From the NCBI GenBank assembly GCA_950097015.1, contig CATNEN010000039.1:7006001-7070000 (forward strand): 64,000 nt of DNA, given 5' to 3'. A program made the translations under genes and the position numbers. Below the pieces are notes generated by a model. The model did not search any database. It worked only from the letters and a program-made list of their open reading frames with translations, and was not told the DNA's origin. Each line of letters opens with the position of its first letter. Positions within the stretch are counted from its first letter, which is position 1. The stretch comes from Macrostomum hystrix (taxonomy: Eukaryota; Animalia; Platyhelminthes). This document shows, in pieces, positions 48,470 through 61,146 of this stretch.

Positions 48470-49947
48470 TGACAGCTTGGCAGCATGACGCAGTCATTTT
48501 GAGTTGATGATTTTTAAACGCTATGATAGCTACCGCAGAAAAAATCAAATCGGTGCCACCACTTTGCTCCTTCTATAGTATCATTCATTGCCGAGTAAAT
48601 TATTTTCTAAAAATTTGCATCACTGTGTGAAATTTTGGTTATTTTTTACTTGCTATTTCAGGAAAAGGTAAAATAGAGAAAAATAATTGCCCGCAGCCTT
48701 CTAGCAAATGCAAGTTGATTGTTTTACTGGGTAGTTTGCTGAATATAACGTCTCTGGGGAGAAGTGCGACTTAGTAAATAAGGGCTTAACGACTCTACAA
48801 AATATGTATTTCATATTTAAACCATTTTTCCGAATAAAAATTATAGCTTTTTGCTTCCTATTTGGTTTTATCATCATTCAAATTGGTGCGTGGCCGTCAG
48901 CAGTCTGACGTGGCAGCGTAGTAGAGATTCTGCATATACAAACCATAGAAAGCCATAGACAACAGAAATCAATTTGGTTTTAACTGCGAGCAATTTGGGC
49001 CACAGCTGGAAGGCATAGCTAAAGCAAAGAATGGCGCAGAGAGGACCCATACGCAAAAATCCGTCTGGTGGACAGAGAGAGGATAGTGAATGCATACGGG
49101 ACGGGTGGCGACTGGAAGGCGCTTGGGTTTCGAAAAACAGTCTGTTTGAAACATCGTGACCACGTACGAAGAGACCGGAAGAACGCACACTCTGCCGAAA
49201 GGAGGAGTGAAGACGCAAAAGCTCACCGAACCTTTGGTGAATAGACTGGTTGAATTTGTCAGTGACTACCCTGCCGCTACGCTGGAGCAGAGGAGATCGC
49301 ACCTGCTTCAGGGCAACGACGATGACTTCAACATCAGTCTCAGTGCAATTAGTCGTGCTCTGGATGGCCAGTTGATCACACTAAAGCTTCTGCACCAGGT
49401 CCCTGTTGATTGGAACACGCCTGTCACGAAAAAAAGTCGCAGAATGCACGTGCAGTGGCTTCTGGACGAGGGCAGCCAAGAACATCTTCTGTTCATTGAC
49501 GAGTTTGGCGTGAACATCTGGATGGGCCAGAACTCAGGGTCGAGCCCCCAGAGGGAAACCAGCAGTGACGGTGGTGAATGGTCCGCGAGGCCAAAATCTT
49601 ACAATCTGCCTTGTCATCTCGCAACAGCTGGGGCTCGTGCACTACACGCTGGTCGAAGGTGGATTCAGAAACGAGCATTTCGTGGATTTTCTCTTGGACA
49701 TCGACCAGCTGGTGGAAGGAAACTTCGTGCTTCTGTCTGATGGCGCCCGTGCTCATCTGAGTGCGCCAGGGATGAGCGATGGCCACATTCACAGATTCCT
49801 TCCACCTTACTCGGGCGCTGCCAAGAAGGCTGACCTGAAGTGACAGGCAACATGACGCAGTCATTTTCAGTTGATGCTTTTTAAACGCTATGATAGCTAC
49901 TGCATAAAAAAATCAAATCGGTGCCACCACTTTGCTCCTTCTATAGT
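48470..49947. repeat. Direct repeat pair of ~105 bp (48470-48579 and 49841-49947)
   Basis: CATGACGCAGTCATTTT...GGTGCCACCACTTTGCTCCTTCTATAGT occurs twice with a few mismatches. Confidence 0.9.
49031..49812 (+). pseudogene. IS630/Tc1-type transposase, frameshifted and 3'-truncated
   Basis: HTH region, LLFIDEFG (first Asp), VLLSDGARAH (second Asp), and FLPPYS, after which similarity ends. Confidence 0.85.
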
Positions 49948-50662
49948 TTAAACGCTAGAAGTTTAAAGACAGGCAGTTCGCTAACAGGCAACAGGCTGCA
50001 GCGCAGGGCCTCACGTTGCATCAGCACAGCATGCACATCCTGAAACGCGAGGTTGCGCTATCCATGAGCGGCAATTGTAAACCAAATTGGTCACGAAGAA
50101 AACCTAATTGCTCGGTGACTTCAGTTCTTAGTCTATGGAGAACATGACTTCTTCTGGGCTATTTCCAACGCACCAAATTGGACGCAGTAAAAACAAATAG
50201 GAACCAAAAAGGTATATTTCCATTGTATGTATGACACACTGGTGGTAAATAATGTCATGCCCAACGCGCCATTTTTTCAGCCTTTGCCACCATTCTTGGC
50301 CATAGACACTGGCAAAAATCCTACTATGCACTGCCACACGTGGTAATATATCATTTTATTAATCAAATAGAGAGACAACCAACAAAGTACACAAAGGACA
50401 ACAAACATGTATAGCTAATAGATAGGATAGATAGAATAAATAGAAATAAATATATAAAAATAAATATATAGCTATTTATAAAGATAATAAATAAATAGAT
50501 TAGAAATAATATATACTCGTAGAACGTTGTTCCCTTAAAAAGCCTCAAAGCCTTCACCAAGGCGCTTCATCTGCTCCAGTGTGGTCTTGGGCAAAGATTC
50601 CAGCTCAGCGGCGCCCAGATTAAGTGTCACTTCATCGACCGGTAGGTCCGGAAGCTCTCCTC

Positions 50663-50880
50663 TAGCAAGACACTTAACTCTGCATTGCTTCAGTTCACCC
50701 AGCTGTTAAATGGGTCCCAGCATCAGCTGGGATAATTGAAGGTGGGTGTGGCGTCCCCCCAATCCATGGACTGAACAGCCGTACGCAGCCTTCAGATGCG
50801 CCGCGCAATAGCTGCGGCTGTGCTGTCGGCTGCACATCTGACCCGATTGGGGCAGGTGTAATAAATTATTATTATTATCA
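50663..50880 (+). mobile_element. 5'-truncated CORE SINE copy
   Basis: AGCAAGACACTTAACTCTGCATTGCTTCAGTTCACCCAGCTGTTAAATGGG...GGGGCAGGTGTA followed by an (ATT)n tail. Confidence 0.85.
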
Positions 50881-51116
50881 AATGCTGCAGATGGATAAAA
50901 AGCTACATAAGAAAATGACTGTCTTTTAACGAAAAAAGATAAATATATTTTTATGTAGATATTCGCGGGAAGTAGAACTTGTAGCATTATTAATAAACAT
51001 TTCAGCTTTGTTAATTCAAAACCAGACACGTATCACGGAAGAATATTTTAGCTGCGGATTCATGCATGCTTCGATTGTATCCATGCGACTGACGCGCACA
51101 ATGGCTTTCCCCGGCC

Positions 51117-54100
51117 TCAAAGCAGCCAGTGGGCAGATCCACTCTTGACAAAAAGGCCAATCGCAATGAGTGCAGCGCTGGAAAAAATCATCTGACCTCC
51201 AGGAATGTTCCGGCTGCAGCTATTATTGGCGCCGCCGCTAATGCTGTACCTAACGAAGCTCTGGTAGGTCGTGACCGACTGGACGCTGAGACTGCCCAGA
51301 GCGCCGCTGATGCTGGAGTTCGACTGCTGAATCGCCGACTGAAGCGCTGTCTGCGAGACCATCGACTGAGTAGCTGCGTTGCGGCGGCGTTTGGGACGGA
51401 GCATGAGGCATCTGATCTGAGATGCTCGACTGATAAAATAAATAACGGCAACAGCTTGGCACTGATTGTTGGCACTCACCCGCCCTCCTGCGCCTCGCAC
51501 CGGGGCAGAGCGTATTGGCGGAAGAACTCGTGTTGGCGTACACAACGACTCCAAGAATTCCTGCATTGTCGGTGAACATGTCCTCGTTGTCCAGGTAACC
51601 GACATCCGCTTCCGCAATTAGTTTCTTGTCCGGCGAAGGCGCCTGACCGGAGGCGGACGGGCAGCAAATGGCGAAGTTGGCGGCGCTGGCGACGCAGAAA
51701 GCGTTCACGCCTTGGGCGATGGCGGATCGCAGGCGGGACCAGATGAACGTCTTGAACTGCGGGTTTCGGGTTGGTTAATTGCTTTGTTTAGTCGCCAACT
51801 ACCAGCTAGCATTCAAGTGCTTTTGATAGACCAGTGGAGTCGATGGACTCTGGAGGGGACTAAAATGTCTTCCATGGCTACAGCATGTACCCATTCTATA
51901 CTTAAGTGAACTAAAAAATGGGGGAACAACGTTTCATGCTCAAGGAGGCAAACAGTTTTCTCCAGCAAACAGAGAATCGAACAGCAAACCTAATTGTTAG
52001 AAGTTAAAAGGTTGTAGTCTTTGGCTGTAAAACCTGTCTAAAAGTTTCCTCTGTAAGGCCACCTATTTTCCTTCCTCCACAATCCGATAAACGTTTTCAT
52101 TTTTCTGCATATCCTAAAATATTCAATCCAGAACACGGGCTAAGATTTTCGGCCTTGGACTATCATTGCATGTTGATAATTTTGTAATGATTTTATTGGT
52201 AATTTTTTCTCTTTGGATTCGACAAAAGAGGTTTATATTGATCAGTTTCAGTTGTCTATGTCATCAGGGTCTTTGACAAGAATGGCTGAATGTCTCGACG
52301 ATGCTGACGTCGGACGGCTTTGAAAGGTTGTTTATTGTAAAGAACAGAAAATTTAGATCCATATGATAGACTTTCAAGAAAATCGATCATTTCTTTGCTC
52401 AAGGTTTGCTCAAGGTCCACTGGAAATCACTTGGCTGTACTTCAAGTAGTCTTTGGTTTTGTAGCTATCGTGAAGAAGGCTGTAGGTATTTGAAATACCC
52501 CCGAGGTCTTTCCACATGGGCAAAAATAGCGTCATCTTTCAACTGCTAACGAATCATTTTTTCGGTACTCGAGCTGTACTGTCATGTAGCACATCTGTCA
52601 CCAGAGTACTTCGCTCACCAATGTGCGCGTCACGGGCACTCTCAGGCACTGGTCAAAGGCGCAGAACTGCTCAGCAGCGATGCCAAGTCGTATGCCGTTG
52701 AGGTACTGAGGCTTGTAGATCTGACACCTGCTGCCAACGTAGGCTTCAGGACACTGGCAGCCGCAGCTGGTCCCGTTGAGTTCCTTGCCACCGTTCAGGC
52801 ACGGAGAGTTCATGTAGCTGCAAGCAGAGCACGACAGCTGGGAATTGGCGACTCGGTCTGGAAGAATGTTCAGGGTGAGTGACTCGGTCTGGAAGAATGT
52901 TCAGGGTGAGTGACTCGGTCTGGAAGAATGTTCAGGGTGAGCGACTCGGTCTGGAAGAATGTTTAGGGTGAGTGACTCGGTCTGGAAGAATGTTCAGAGT
53001 GAGTGACTCGGTCTGGAAGAATGTTCAGGGTGAGTGACTCGGTCTGGAAGATTGTTCAGAGTGAGTGACTCGGTCTAGAAGAATGTTTAGGGTGAGTGAC
53101 TCGGTCTGGAAGAATGTTCACGAAGAATGTTCAGGATGAGCGACTCGGTCTGGCAGTTGGTGGAATATTTTCGCTTGTGCAGTAAACCCTAATTTGAGCT
53201 TTTAAACTTGCTCATGCAAGATAAATGATGTATTTTGAAGCAAGTTAATTTTCAATGGAAAGTTAACTCACTATCACAAAACTCGCCAGTTGCCACGCCG
53301 CTGGCACACTTGCAGTAGCAGTCCAGAACTCCAGAGACAGATGCGGCGGCACCACAGTTTGAGCAGTTCAGTTTGCACTCTGTGTGGTTAACATTGAGTC
53401 CAATAAACGGTTGCTTTATTCTGACAGTTGCCATGTCTAATTTGTCACAACAGAAAACAGCTGAGCTTTAATTTTAACTGGTGGCCAGTCACAGAAAGTT
53501 ATTTACTCAGATAGATTGGTTCCAGCACAACGAAACTCACCGGCTGTCGCAACAGTGACACCGGGACTGTAGGCCTTCACATCTTCCATAGCAAACATGC
53601 TGCTGTTCATGCACAGACCTTCATTTAGGCAGAGGCCGCGGGTCGATGGACACCTGGAAATTATTGACGGAGGTTCATGAAAAGGCGTTAACTCATTGCG
53701 AGTGAATTGGGTTTCCTATAGACACGCAATGAAGATAATCCGTGCAACCGATAATCCATGGAAACGATAATCCGTGAAACCGATAATCCATGGAAACGAT
53801 AATCCGTGAAACTGATAATCCCAGATTCTAATCGTCCACGAAAACTCACTTGGAGCAGGGAGTATTTGCAGCAGTGTAGGGCTTTGAGCTACTACCCGTG
53901 CTATACTCGCAGTAGACCATGTTGTTGTTCACGGAACACAGGTGATGACCGCAACCTATCTCGAGGACATTGTCTGTTATCAACTGCAGGTAGTGACCGC
54001 AGCTGGGCAGCCTGGTGCCAGCTGTGTTACAGGTTGATGTACCGTAATTAAAGGCCGCTTTTTCAATGTGCCAGGCCAGGACAATGTCCGTGGCTTTGGT

Positions 54101-54731
54101 CCTAAAGCCGGCGTAGATATTCTCGCCCAAACTGGCATAGTCTCCGCCGTAGTTATGATCGCCGGTGCACTTCTCTGCCGCAGCTTGCGCCAGGGATGCA
54201 AGCCGAGGGTTCCATGTCTGGCGGGGTGTTTTATAGCTAATATTGCGATTATGCATGCCTGCTTTTTCTTTAACAGGTGTCAACAGGTAAGGAAAGCGTC
54301 AAAAGACCCTGGAGGTCCCTGAGCTCGATTCCGTGCCGAGACTAAATACATTTTAAGCGCAGCCGCGGAGAGAAGACTTGGGGGTTGTCGGGAAATTTAC
54401 GACCTTTTGAGGGCCAACGCCCAAGGCATGTCGAGAGTTTCCACTGCGATAACAAGAAATTTCACTATTCGCTGTCTTCGTATCACAGCCGACCAGAAAA
54501 GGTAGCATTAAATTCGCAATTATTATTACCCATAGTGTCAAAAACCGCTGGTGAACTTACCACGAAAGTCATTCTGGCGGCTCTAGGGTAGACAGCCTCT
54601 CGCAGCCGATTGTGAATCATCACCATCTCTGTCTGCTGGGCCGGGCTGAAAACCGTCTGGACAGTTGCTGGCTGAAGCAGAGACAGCAGCAGCAGCAGAG
54701 GCAGCACTTGACACTTGGCTTTGGCAAACAT
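51117..54731 (-). CDS. CAP/SCP (venom-allergen-like) + EGF-like cell-surface protein. Exons 54731-54561, 54217-53850, 53653-53541, 53379-53272, 52857-52619, 51756-51480, 51373-51117
   Basis: Signal peptide; IHNRLR...M..|TWNPRLA..AQ..A..C, GENIY, GHYLQ, IGCG, VYCEY (CAP); EGF-like CLNGG...CQCPEAYVGSRC; RRRR site; hydrophobic C-terminus. All six introns are GT-AG with compatible phases. The last acceptor and the exon-5 acceptor are inferred from phase. Confidence 0.82.
52850..53153. repeat. Minisatellite, 31-bp unit GACTCGGTCTGGAAGAATGTTCAGGGTGAGT, about 9 copies
   Basis: Direct tandem repeat. About 2.5 units are also present, inverted, at 40200-40280. Confidence 0.95.
53736..53822. repeat. 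Short tandem repeat, 16-bp unit GATAATCC(G/A)TG.AA(C/A)C, about 5.5 copies
   Basis: Visible alternating variants within an intron. Confidence 0.8.
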
Positions 54732-55811
54732 GTTTCAGACTTTTTGCAGACTAAACTGTCTTCGACTTTAAACGAGCAAACTTTGTCGTTCAAACCTTCA
54801 GAATTTATACTTTTCGATTAATCGTGAAATGCCAGGTCAGTCCAAACCTCTACAAGTTCTTGCGTCTAAGTGCAACTTATCACGAAGAGCAAACAGCCTG
54901 GGCGTTGTTTAAGTTCACAGAAACGAAGAGCGACACGAGAAACGTGAAAAAGAAAAGAGACAAGAAATCGGAAAGTGTCATTTATTGCGCCACGCAAATT
55001 GTTTGCAATGCGCTTGGATGCACTCTAGTTATATTTTTCTTTGTTTAATTCTAGTTGCCATATAAGCACCAGGAATGCTGCTTCTAATGTGAAAGCCAAT
55101 TAGAGCTGGGAGCTGCGCGTGTTGGCCAACCTGAGTCTGTGCCGACGGAAATCAAACAGAACGGATAAATTTGAGTTTATTGACGCACCCGCCTCAGCCG
55201 TCTCTGGCCTATTGAGCTCTACTTGTTGGCCGCACTGATGTCAATGTCTGCACTCCAAACAGGGCCGCTAAATTCTTCCTGTTTTATCCCTATAATTGAA
55301 CTTCCAGAATCAAAAAGCATCGGCATATTCAAAGACTCTCGTCCGGTTGTCTGGTGGCAAAAACCATCAGTATATAAAAATGTTTCTGCTAAAACATTTT
55401 CATCATGTAACCCAATTGACGTCGGATGGCTTCGAAAGTTAGTTAATCGTAAAGGGCGGAAAATGTAGATCTACGAGGTATATGGTGGAGTTTCATGAAA
55501 ATCAGTCATTCGGTTTGGGAGCTGTCGTGAAGTAGGCAGTGGGTATTAGATGTACCCCTGGGTCTTACGGCTGTTAATTAATTTTTTTATTTAAACGCGC
55601 ACGCCACCAATCGTTGCTGATTTTTTACGATAAGTTTATTTAAATTATTCAACAAACATAAAATAAAATAAAAACAAATTTTAATTGGTTGTGGAAGCGC
55701 ATTAGAGTTAGAATTAAAAAGAAGAGTAAAAAAATACAAGGGACGACTGGAATCAAATCAAATATAGTAATTATGATAAATATGATAAATATCTTTGATA
55801 TTTCTATATGA

Positions 55812-56336
55812 GTGGGTCATTCACCGCATTGTTTTGCGCATGGTTTTCCGCACGGTTTTTTCCGTGTAAAAATTAAAAAAAAATTGTATGGTGTAAAAAT
55901 TACTGTGAAACTGTAATTTAATTTAATGGATGGTATGATATGACCTGGTATAGTATTAATCTTGTATGATGAAGTAGTCTATATGTTAGCATATGACATG
56001 ATCTGGTATGATATGGTATGATATGGCATAATATGGTATGATATGGCATAATATGGTATGATATGGCATGATTTTGTATTATATGGCATGATATGGTATG
56101 ATATGGCATGTTATGGTATGATATGGCTTGATCTGGTAAGATATGACCTAGTATCATATAATCTTCTATGATATAGTTGTTAGAATCTCTTTCATATGTT
56201 TGCTAAAAATGTTACCAAGGATTATTGCAGCACATGAGTGCTTTATTAAAATCAACATGATGCAAAAATACAGGAAAAAAAACCATGCGGAAAACCATGC
56301 GGAAAACAATGCGGAAAACAATGCGGTGAAAGATTT
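55812..56336. mobile_element. MITE copy 2, inverted relative to 1032-1539
   Basis: Same TIRs and internal sequence in reverse complement. Confidence 0.85.
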
Positions 56337-56339
56337 CGT

Positions 56340-57140
56340 TATTTCTATGATGTACTTTGCAAGTGCTTCAGTGGTTTCCCTGTCGTCTTGTACCATTATG
56401 TAGTTAGATTTGTCTTCTGCTGTTTGGGACGTGAAATTAGGAGTCCCTGAAACTTTCTTTTCACAATTCGATCGTGCGGTATTATTCCTACTTCAACTGC
56501 ACTTAAATAGGAAGTGGACCTCGTTTTCCACTTCCATTTTGCACTTACTACATAATCTATTCTCACAAGGATTTTCGGTCTCGCAGTTCGCAATGTTTCG
56601 CAAGCTAGCTTATGGTTTCCTTAATCTAAACGAGGATAGAGTGCGTCTCAACTCCGGCCGGGTTACATATTTCTTGTACATATTTTTTCGGCTGAATAAT
56701 GTTGCTTAAAAGAGTAAAAGAAGTGACTCAGCTTGCTTGAGTTCTGTGTCCTTTGTCTCCAACGGGTATCGAACTGAGAAACGAATTTTTTCCTGTGGTT
56801 TCTAATTGCCCTTGCAGGACTAATGCCTCTGCAGTTCAGCATAACTTCATTGGTGATTTTTGTCTTGATTCCAACATCACAGTATTTTGGGTCTGCTAAT
56901 AACTTGAAAATGATGGAGTCCGGATGGAGCCCTCTTGTCTCCTGTAAGTCACTGCCTTGTCTCCTTCATATCGGAGGCTGTAGCTGGGGCGGTCTATGTG
57001 TCCTGACGCCGACTAGTGGGGTACTAGGCCAAGTCAGCCGGCGGCCATGCTGTACCGTAAACCCGCTGTACATAGACGCCAGCTCGTGCGATTTGCTACG
57101 GAAGCCCAGTACCGAATGCTTCCCATTTGATAAATGACAG
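56340..57140 (-). mobile_element. LINE ORF2 3' fragment, same family as 23465-23890
   Basis: Nucleotide homology to 23465-23890. The minus frame extends upstream as LHPDSIIFKLL...FVSQFDTRWRQRTQNSSKL. Confidence 0.75.
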
Positions 57141-58335
57141 AGAATATAATTCTGTAGTTATACTGTCAGCTATACTGACATCTGACAATCTCAGAACAGT
57201 GGGATGCATTTATCAAGGTTGCAAACTACCCGATCACGAAGCTGGACCTTGAAGCACGACTCACTCTTTTGCTGACGTCGAGACAAAGTGGCTCTGATTC
57301 TACTTCTGATGCTCACTAGGGATAAATCAATTTATTTCGACGTTTCTGACTAAATTTTAAGTCAGCAACGTTTATTGGAGATTGATTGCAAATCGTAATA
57401 TACTTTAAGAAGAAGCCATCAGTACTACAAAAGTAATACAAAACTTAAAAAGTTTGGCTCTGGCTTTGCGCTTGCACTCGCTGCCAATGACATATTTTTG
57501 CTACCTGGTTGCCATTAGTAACTGTCAAGCGCGATCCGACTGCAAAGTAAATATTAGCAAGAGATATTAGATTTCTGCGTTCTTCAAAAGAAAAGCGAAG
57601 GTTTACATTAGCACCAACACCAAGACATGCCGACAGAGAAAACTGTATCAACTACTCGTACAATTTAAATAGAAACTCATATGTTTGTGCATCGCTCAGA
57701 GACAAAAATGTTCTGAAACTTTCGGTACCGATTGCTTTTACTGTCGAGGCCGTTTACTGCAGGTCGCTTGCATTAGAAATGGTGATTGGATGTCTTTGAA
57801 AGCCAAAATCTTTCTCGCCTTCACAACCACTAGGACTTTTAGTGTCCTAGTGGTTGTGAATCACCAAGCAATATTCAAATAATTAATAAAATAAGACTAC
57901 TTAAATTTGCCTTCTAAACGAAAACAGAAAAAAAACATGGTTGTAGATAAACGTTTATTTATTATTACCTTCAAAACTTGCTTGTAAAACTTGCAAAACT
58001 ACAAAAACGCTGGGTAAAAACAGGTGTAAAGCAAATGCCTTAACGATCAACTAACATGAATGTAGCAAAACAACAAAAAACTAAGAACAGACGGAATTGG
58101 AACAAAAACGCAATGAGTTAAGATAGAAATAAAAACGAAAAAAGTATAGAGATACCTATAAAGATCAGGTACACAAGCAAACAAATGAACCAACTCGAAC
58201 AAGAGAAAAATTAGCAAAAAGCAACGGCTAAATTACCAAATATAGCATGACAAACATTCGCTATTTCGCTATTTCGCTACATTCGCGAAAGGTAGAAATG
58301 TTTGTTAAACTAATTTATTGTATTCAACCCAGCAG

Positions 58336-59832
58336 CTACTTGTGACGCCGAATGTGCTTGCAGTAGGTGGAGCGGTCTGAGAAGGCCTTGCTGCAAAATC
58401 TACATTTGTAGGGCCTGGCACCGCTGTGGCAATTCAAATGCGAAATTAGCTGCGTCTTCTGTACGAAAGCTTTTTCGCACAGGTGGCATTTATGAGGCCG
58501 GATACCGGCGTGGATCAGCTCGTGTCGGTGCAGATTCATCGCGTTAGCAAACACCTTGCCGCAGGTGAGACAGGTGCTGTCATCCTTAGAGGCATGCTTG
58601 CCAGACCGACTTATTGAAGCTCTGGCGGGCCGACAGGCGGCGGCTTTGAGGTGGAGCTGGTAGCGCCAAGCTAGGCGGAAGGCCCGGCCGCAGATTCCAC
58701 AGACCTGCTGGCCGCCTCGGCTGCGAAACTCAGCGTCGATGAGCTGTCGTTGCTCGCGAGCCCCGATATGGGGCGCTACAATCGGAGTTTGGGATGCTGC
58801 GAGATTGGCGACGCCGCAGCTGGTGTCAATTTCGGAGATAGAACTCGAGTTTTTTATGCGCGGATACTGAAAAGGTAAAAATTGTACAAAGTTAAACAAA
58901 TTATAATTGTTTTTTACAATAGGGCTGAGGGCACTTGCAAATCTTTTGGTGATAGTAGACCCGTAGCCATCGAGAGCCAATTCTGACCATTATACTGACT
59001 ACTGAACACATGCGAACACATTAACGTAAGCACACACTAACACGGGTGTGTACATCTGCTCTGACATTCTCATCGTCAGGCTGTGTGCACTATTAAAGGG
59101 CCTCTAGGGGTTGGCCCCCCCTCAGACGTAAATTGCCACGGAATCGAGCTCAGGAAACTTGGTGCGAGTGATTGACGAATTTATCACTGTCACTCCTTCC
59201 CCTAATCTGCTATTAATTAGATTACAGTTATGGAGTGACTCAACATGATTTGAGGACTTAATCGATTACGGAATGCTTACGGAAAAATGATAGAATGAAA
59301 GCATGCAGAAATCAAATTTTTGCAAACTCACAGTATTACTTTCTATGTAAGAACAGTCAGTGTTGTCATGCTGTCCTGCCAGCTCAATCCGCAGAATTTT
59401 ATCACTGGCAGCAAGTGGCAGAGCTTCATTCGAGGAGGCCATAGCAAACACATCAGCATTGCTGGCACCCTGGGCTTCATGCTCGACAATGTAGTGGGTC
59501 AGATAGTCCATAGACGAAGTAAACAGAGTTGGCCATGGACAAATCAGGCAAGCTAAATGCATAGCAGATGAGTCAGTCATCTGCTCAGATTGAGGTACTG
59601 ACTGGCAAATGCCAACCTCAGCTAGAAGGCTGCATACCTGAGGGCCAGTGCACACTTGGCAAAGAGTCAGGTCTGGAAGACTGCTGCTGCTGTTACCATT
59701 GCTTGGAAAGCTGATTGTTGAAAGAAATTCATCGCAGTTTATGCAGTAGCCCAGATAATGGGGCTCAGGTAATGGCTCTGACAGATAGGAATTAGCATCT
59801 GTGAGCATCTTCTCCATAGAGCTGTAATTCAT
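58336..59832 (-). CDS. C2H2 zinc-finger protein (exons 59832-59332, 58866-58336)
   Basis: Tandem fingers with HAGIRPHKC and HSGARPYKC linkers. N-terminal exon has CINC...CQVC and CLIC...HYIVEH. Phase-0 ACT|GTGAG ... TTTCAG|TAT. Confidence 0.85.
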
Positions 59833-61146
59833 ATGAAAATGAATATTATCTAGCTAGACAAATAAGTAAAACAATATAACAGCTACCTTAGAAAATTGAA
59901 TAAAATATTAAATTAGTTAAACAAAATCAGTAAAAATTTACAAAGCTGCTGTCTAAAGTAGTGACTTATAAATGAAATCATACACAAAAACTTAAAGAAT
60001 TATAATTTCCCTAGGTTATCTCTTGCTACAAGGTATTATATTTTATAGAGTGTAAATATACACTAAATAAAGTTATTTTTGAAATGTTATCTAAAATATT
60101 GAGAAATTAAAACCTAGCCACATGCTTATGGTTTTATTAAAGGAAGGTAAGCAATTCTGCTGTTTGTTCTGTGTGATTGTTTTGATTGTTCACGTTTAAT
60201 GTTCCTTTATTTTCAATGTTGAAAATAAATACAAAAATAAACTGCAACATTGCCAAAAAGAAGCTACAAATAGTAGTTAATGCAACAAAGCTAAATATAG
60301 AAAAAGTTTTGTATAGGCTACATACAAAAGTATATTTAGGTATTGATTTTATGGTAACAGATTAATAACTTACATTAGTCTATAAAGATCCACAATTGTA
60401 TATAGATCCACAAAAATAAAATTGGTGCTCAGTATAGCTTGCCTAACATCAAAACAGCATAAGTTTTTTAAAATTGCTAAAGAGGTATAGTAATTAATTT
60501 AGCACTTCCTAAAAGAAGCAAGAACCATCTTAGTTCAAATCAGATATTTCTTGTTTCAAAACAACTAATGTGAGTCACTCAGTGTATTGAAGTTGTTAAT
60601 CTGTTATTAATCTAAGGAATATAAAAACTGAAAACAAGAAAAAATACTGAGAAATAACATATTTATCGCATCGAACAACTAACACACTTTTTAGTCTTAA
60701 TTAGCTACACAGTCACATACAAGCGACTTCCATTTTATAGTACATATTTAGGTGCATGCTCATTATCTATGTGCACTGAAGGGCCACGAAAATTTTAAAT
60801 TTGCTAAACTGTCATCACGTTAAAACAATTTTTGTAGATTCAAAAAGTAAAATGATTAAAAGCTAAGTAGTATGATTCAAACTGAAGCTGTAGAGCTTGC
60901 TTTAAATATTTATTATGTATATTTTTATGTTTATAATATAATATTATTTCTTGTTTGTTTTTCAAATGGCAATTTTCTGAGACATACAGAAAAAGTTAAC
61001 CAAGTACCTTAAAAACTAATTTGCGTATTTGCGGTACGGAGTCACGGACTGTACGGTCGATATACTGTCTAGCTTCGGCTCTTTATTAACAGAGTTATAA
61101 TAAATTTTACTCCTTTTGGTTCAGAAAACTCCTCCAATTCTTGAAA

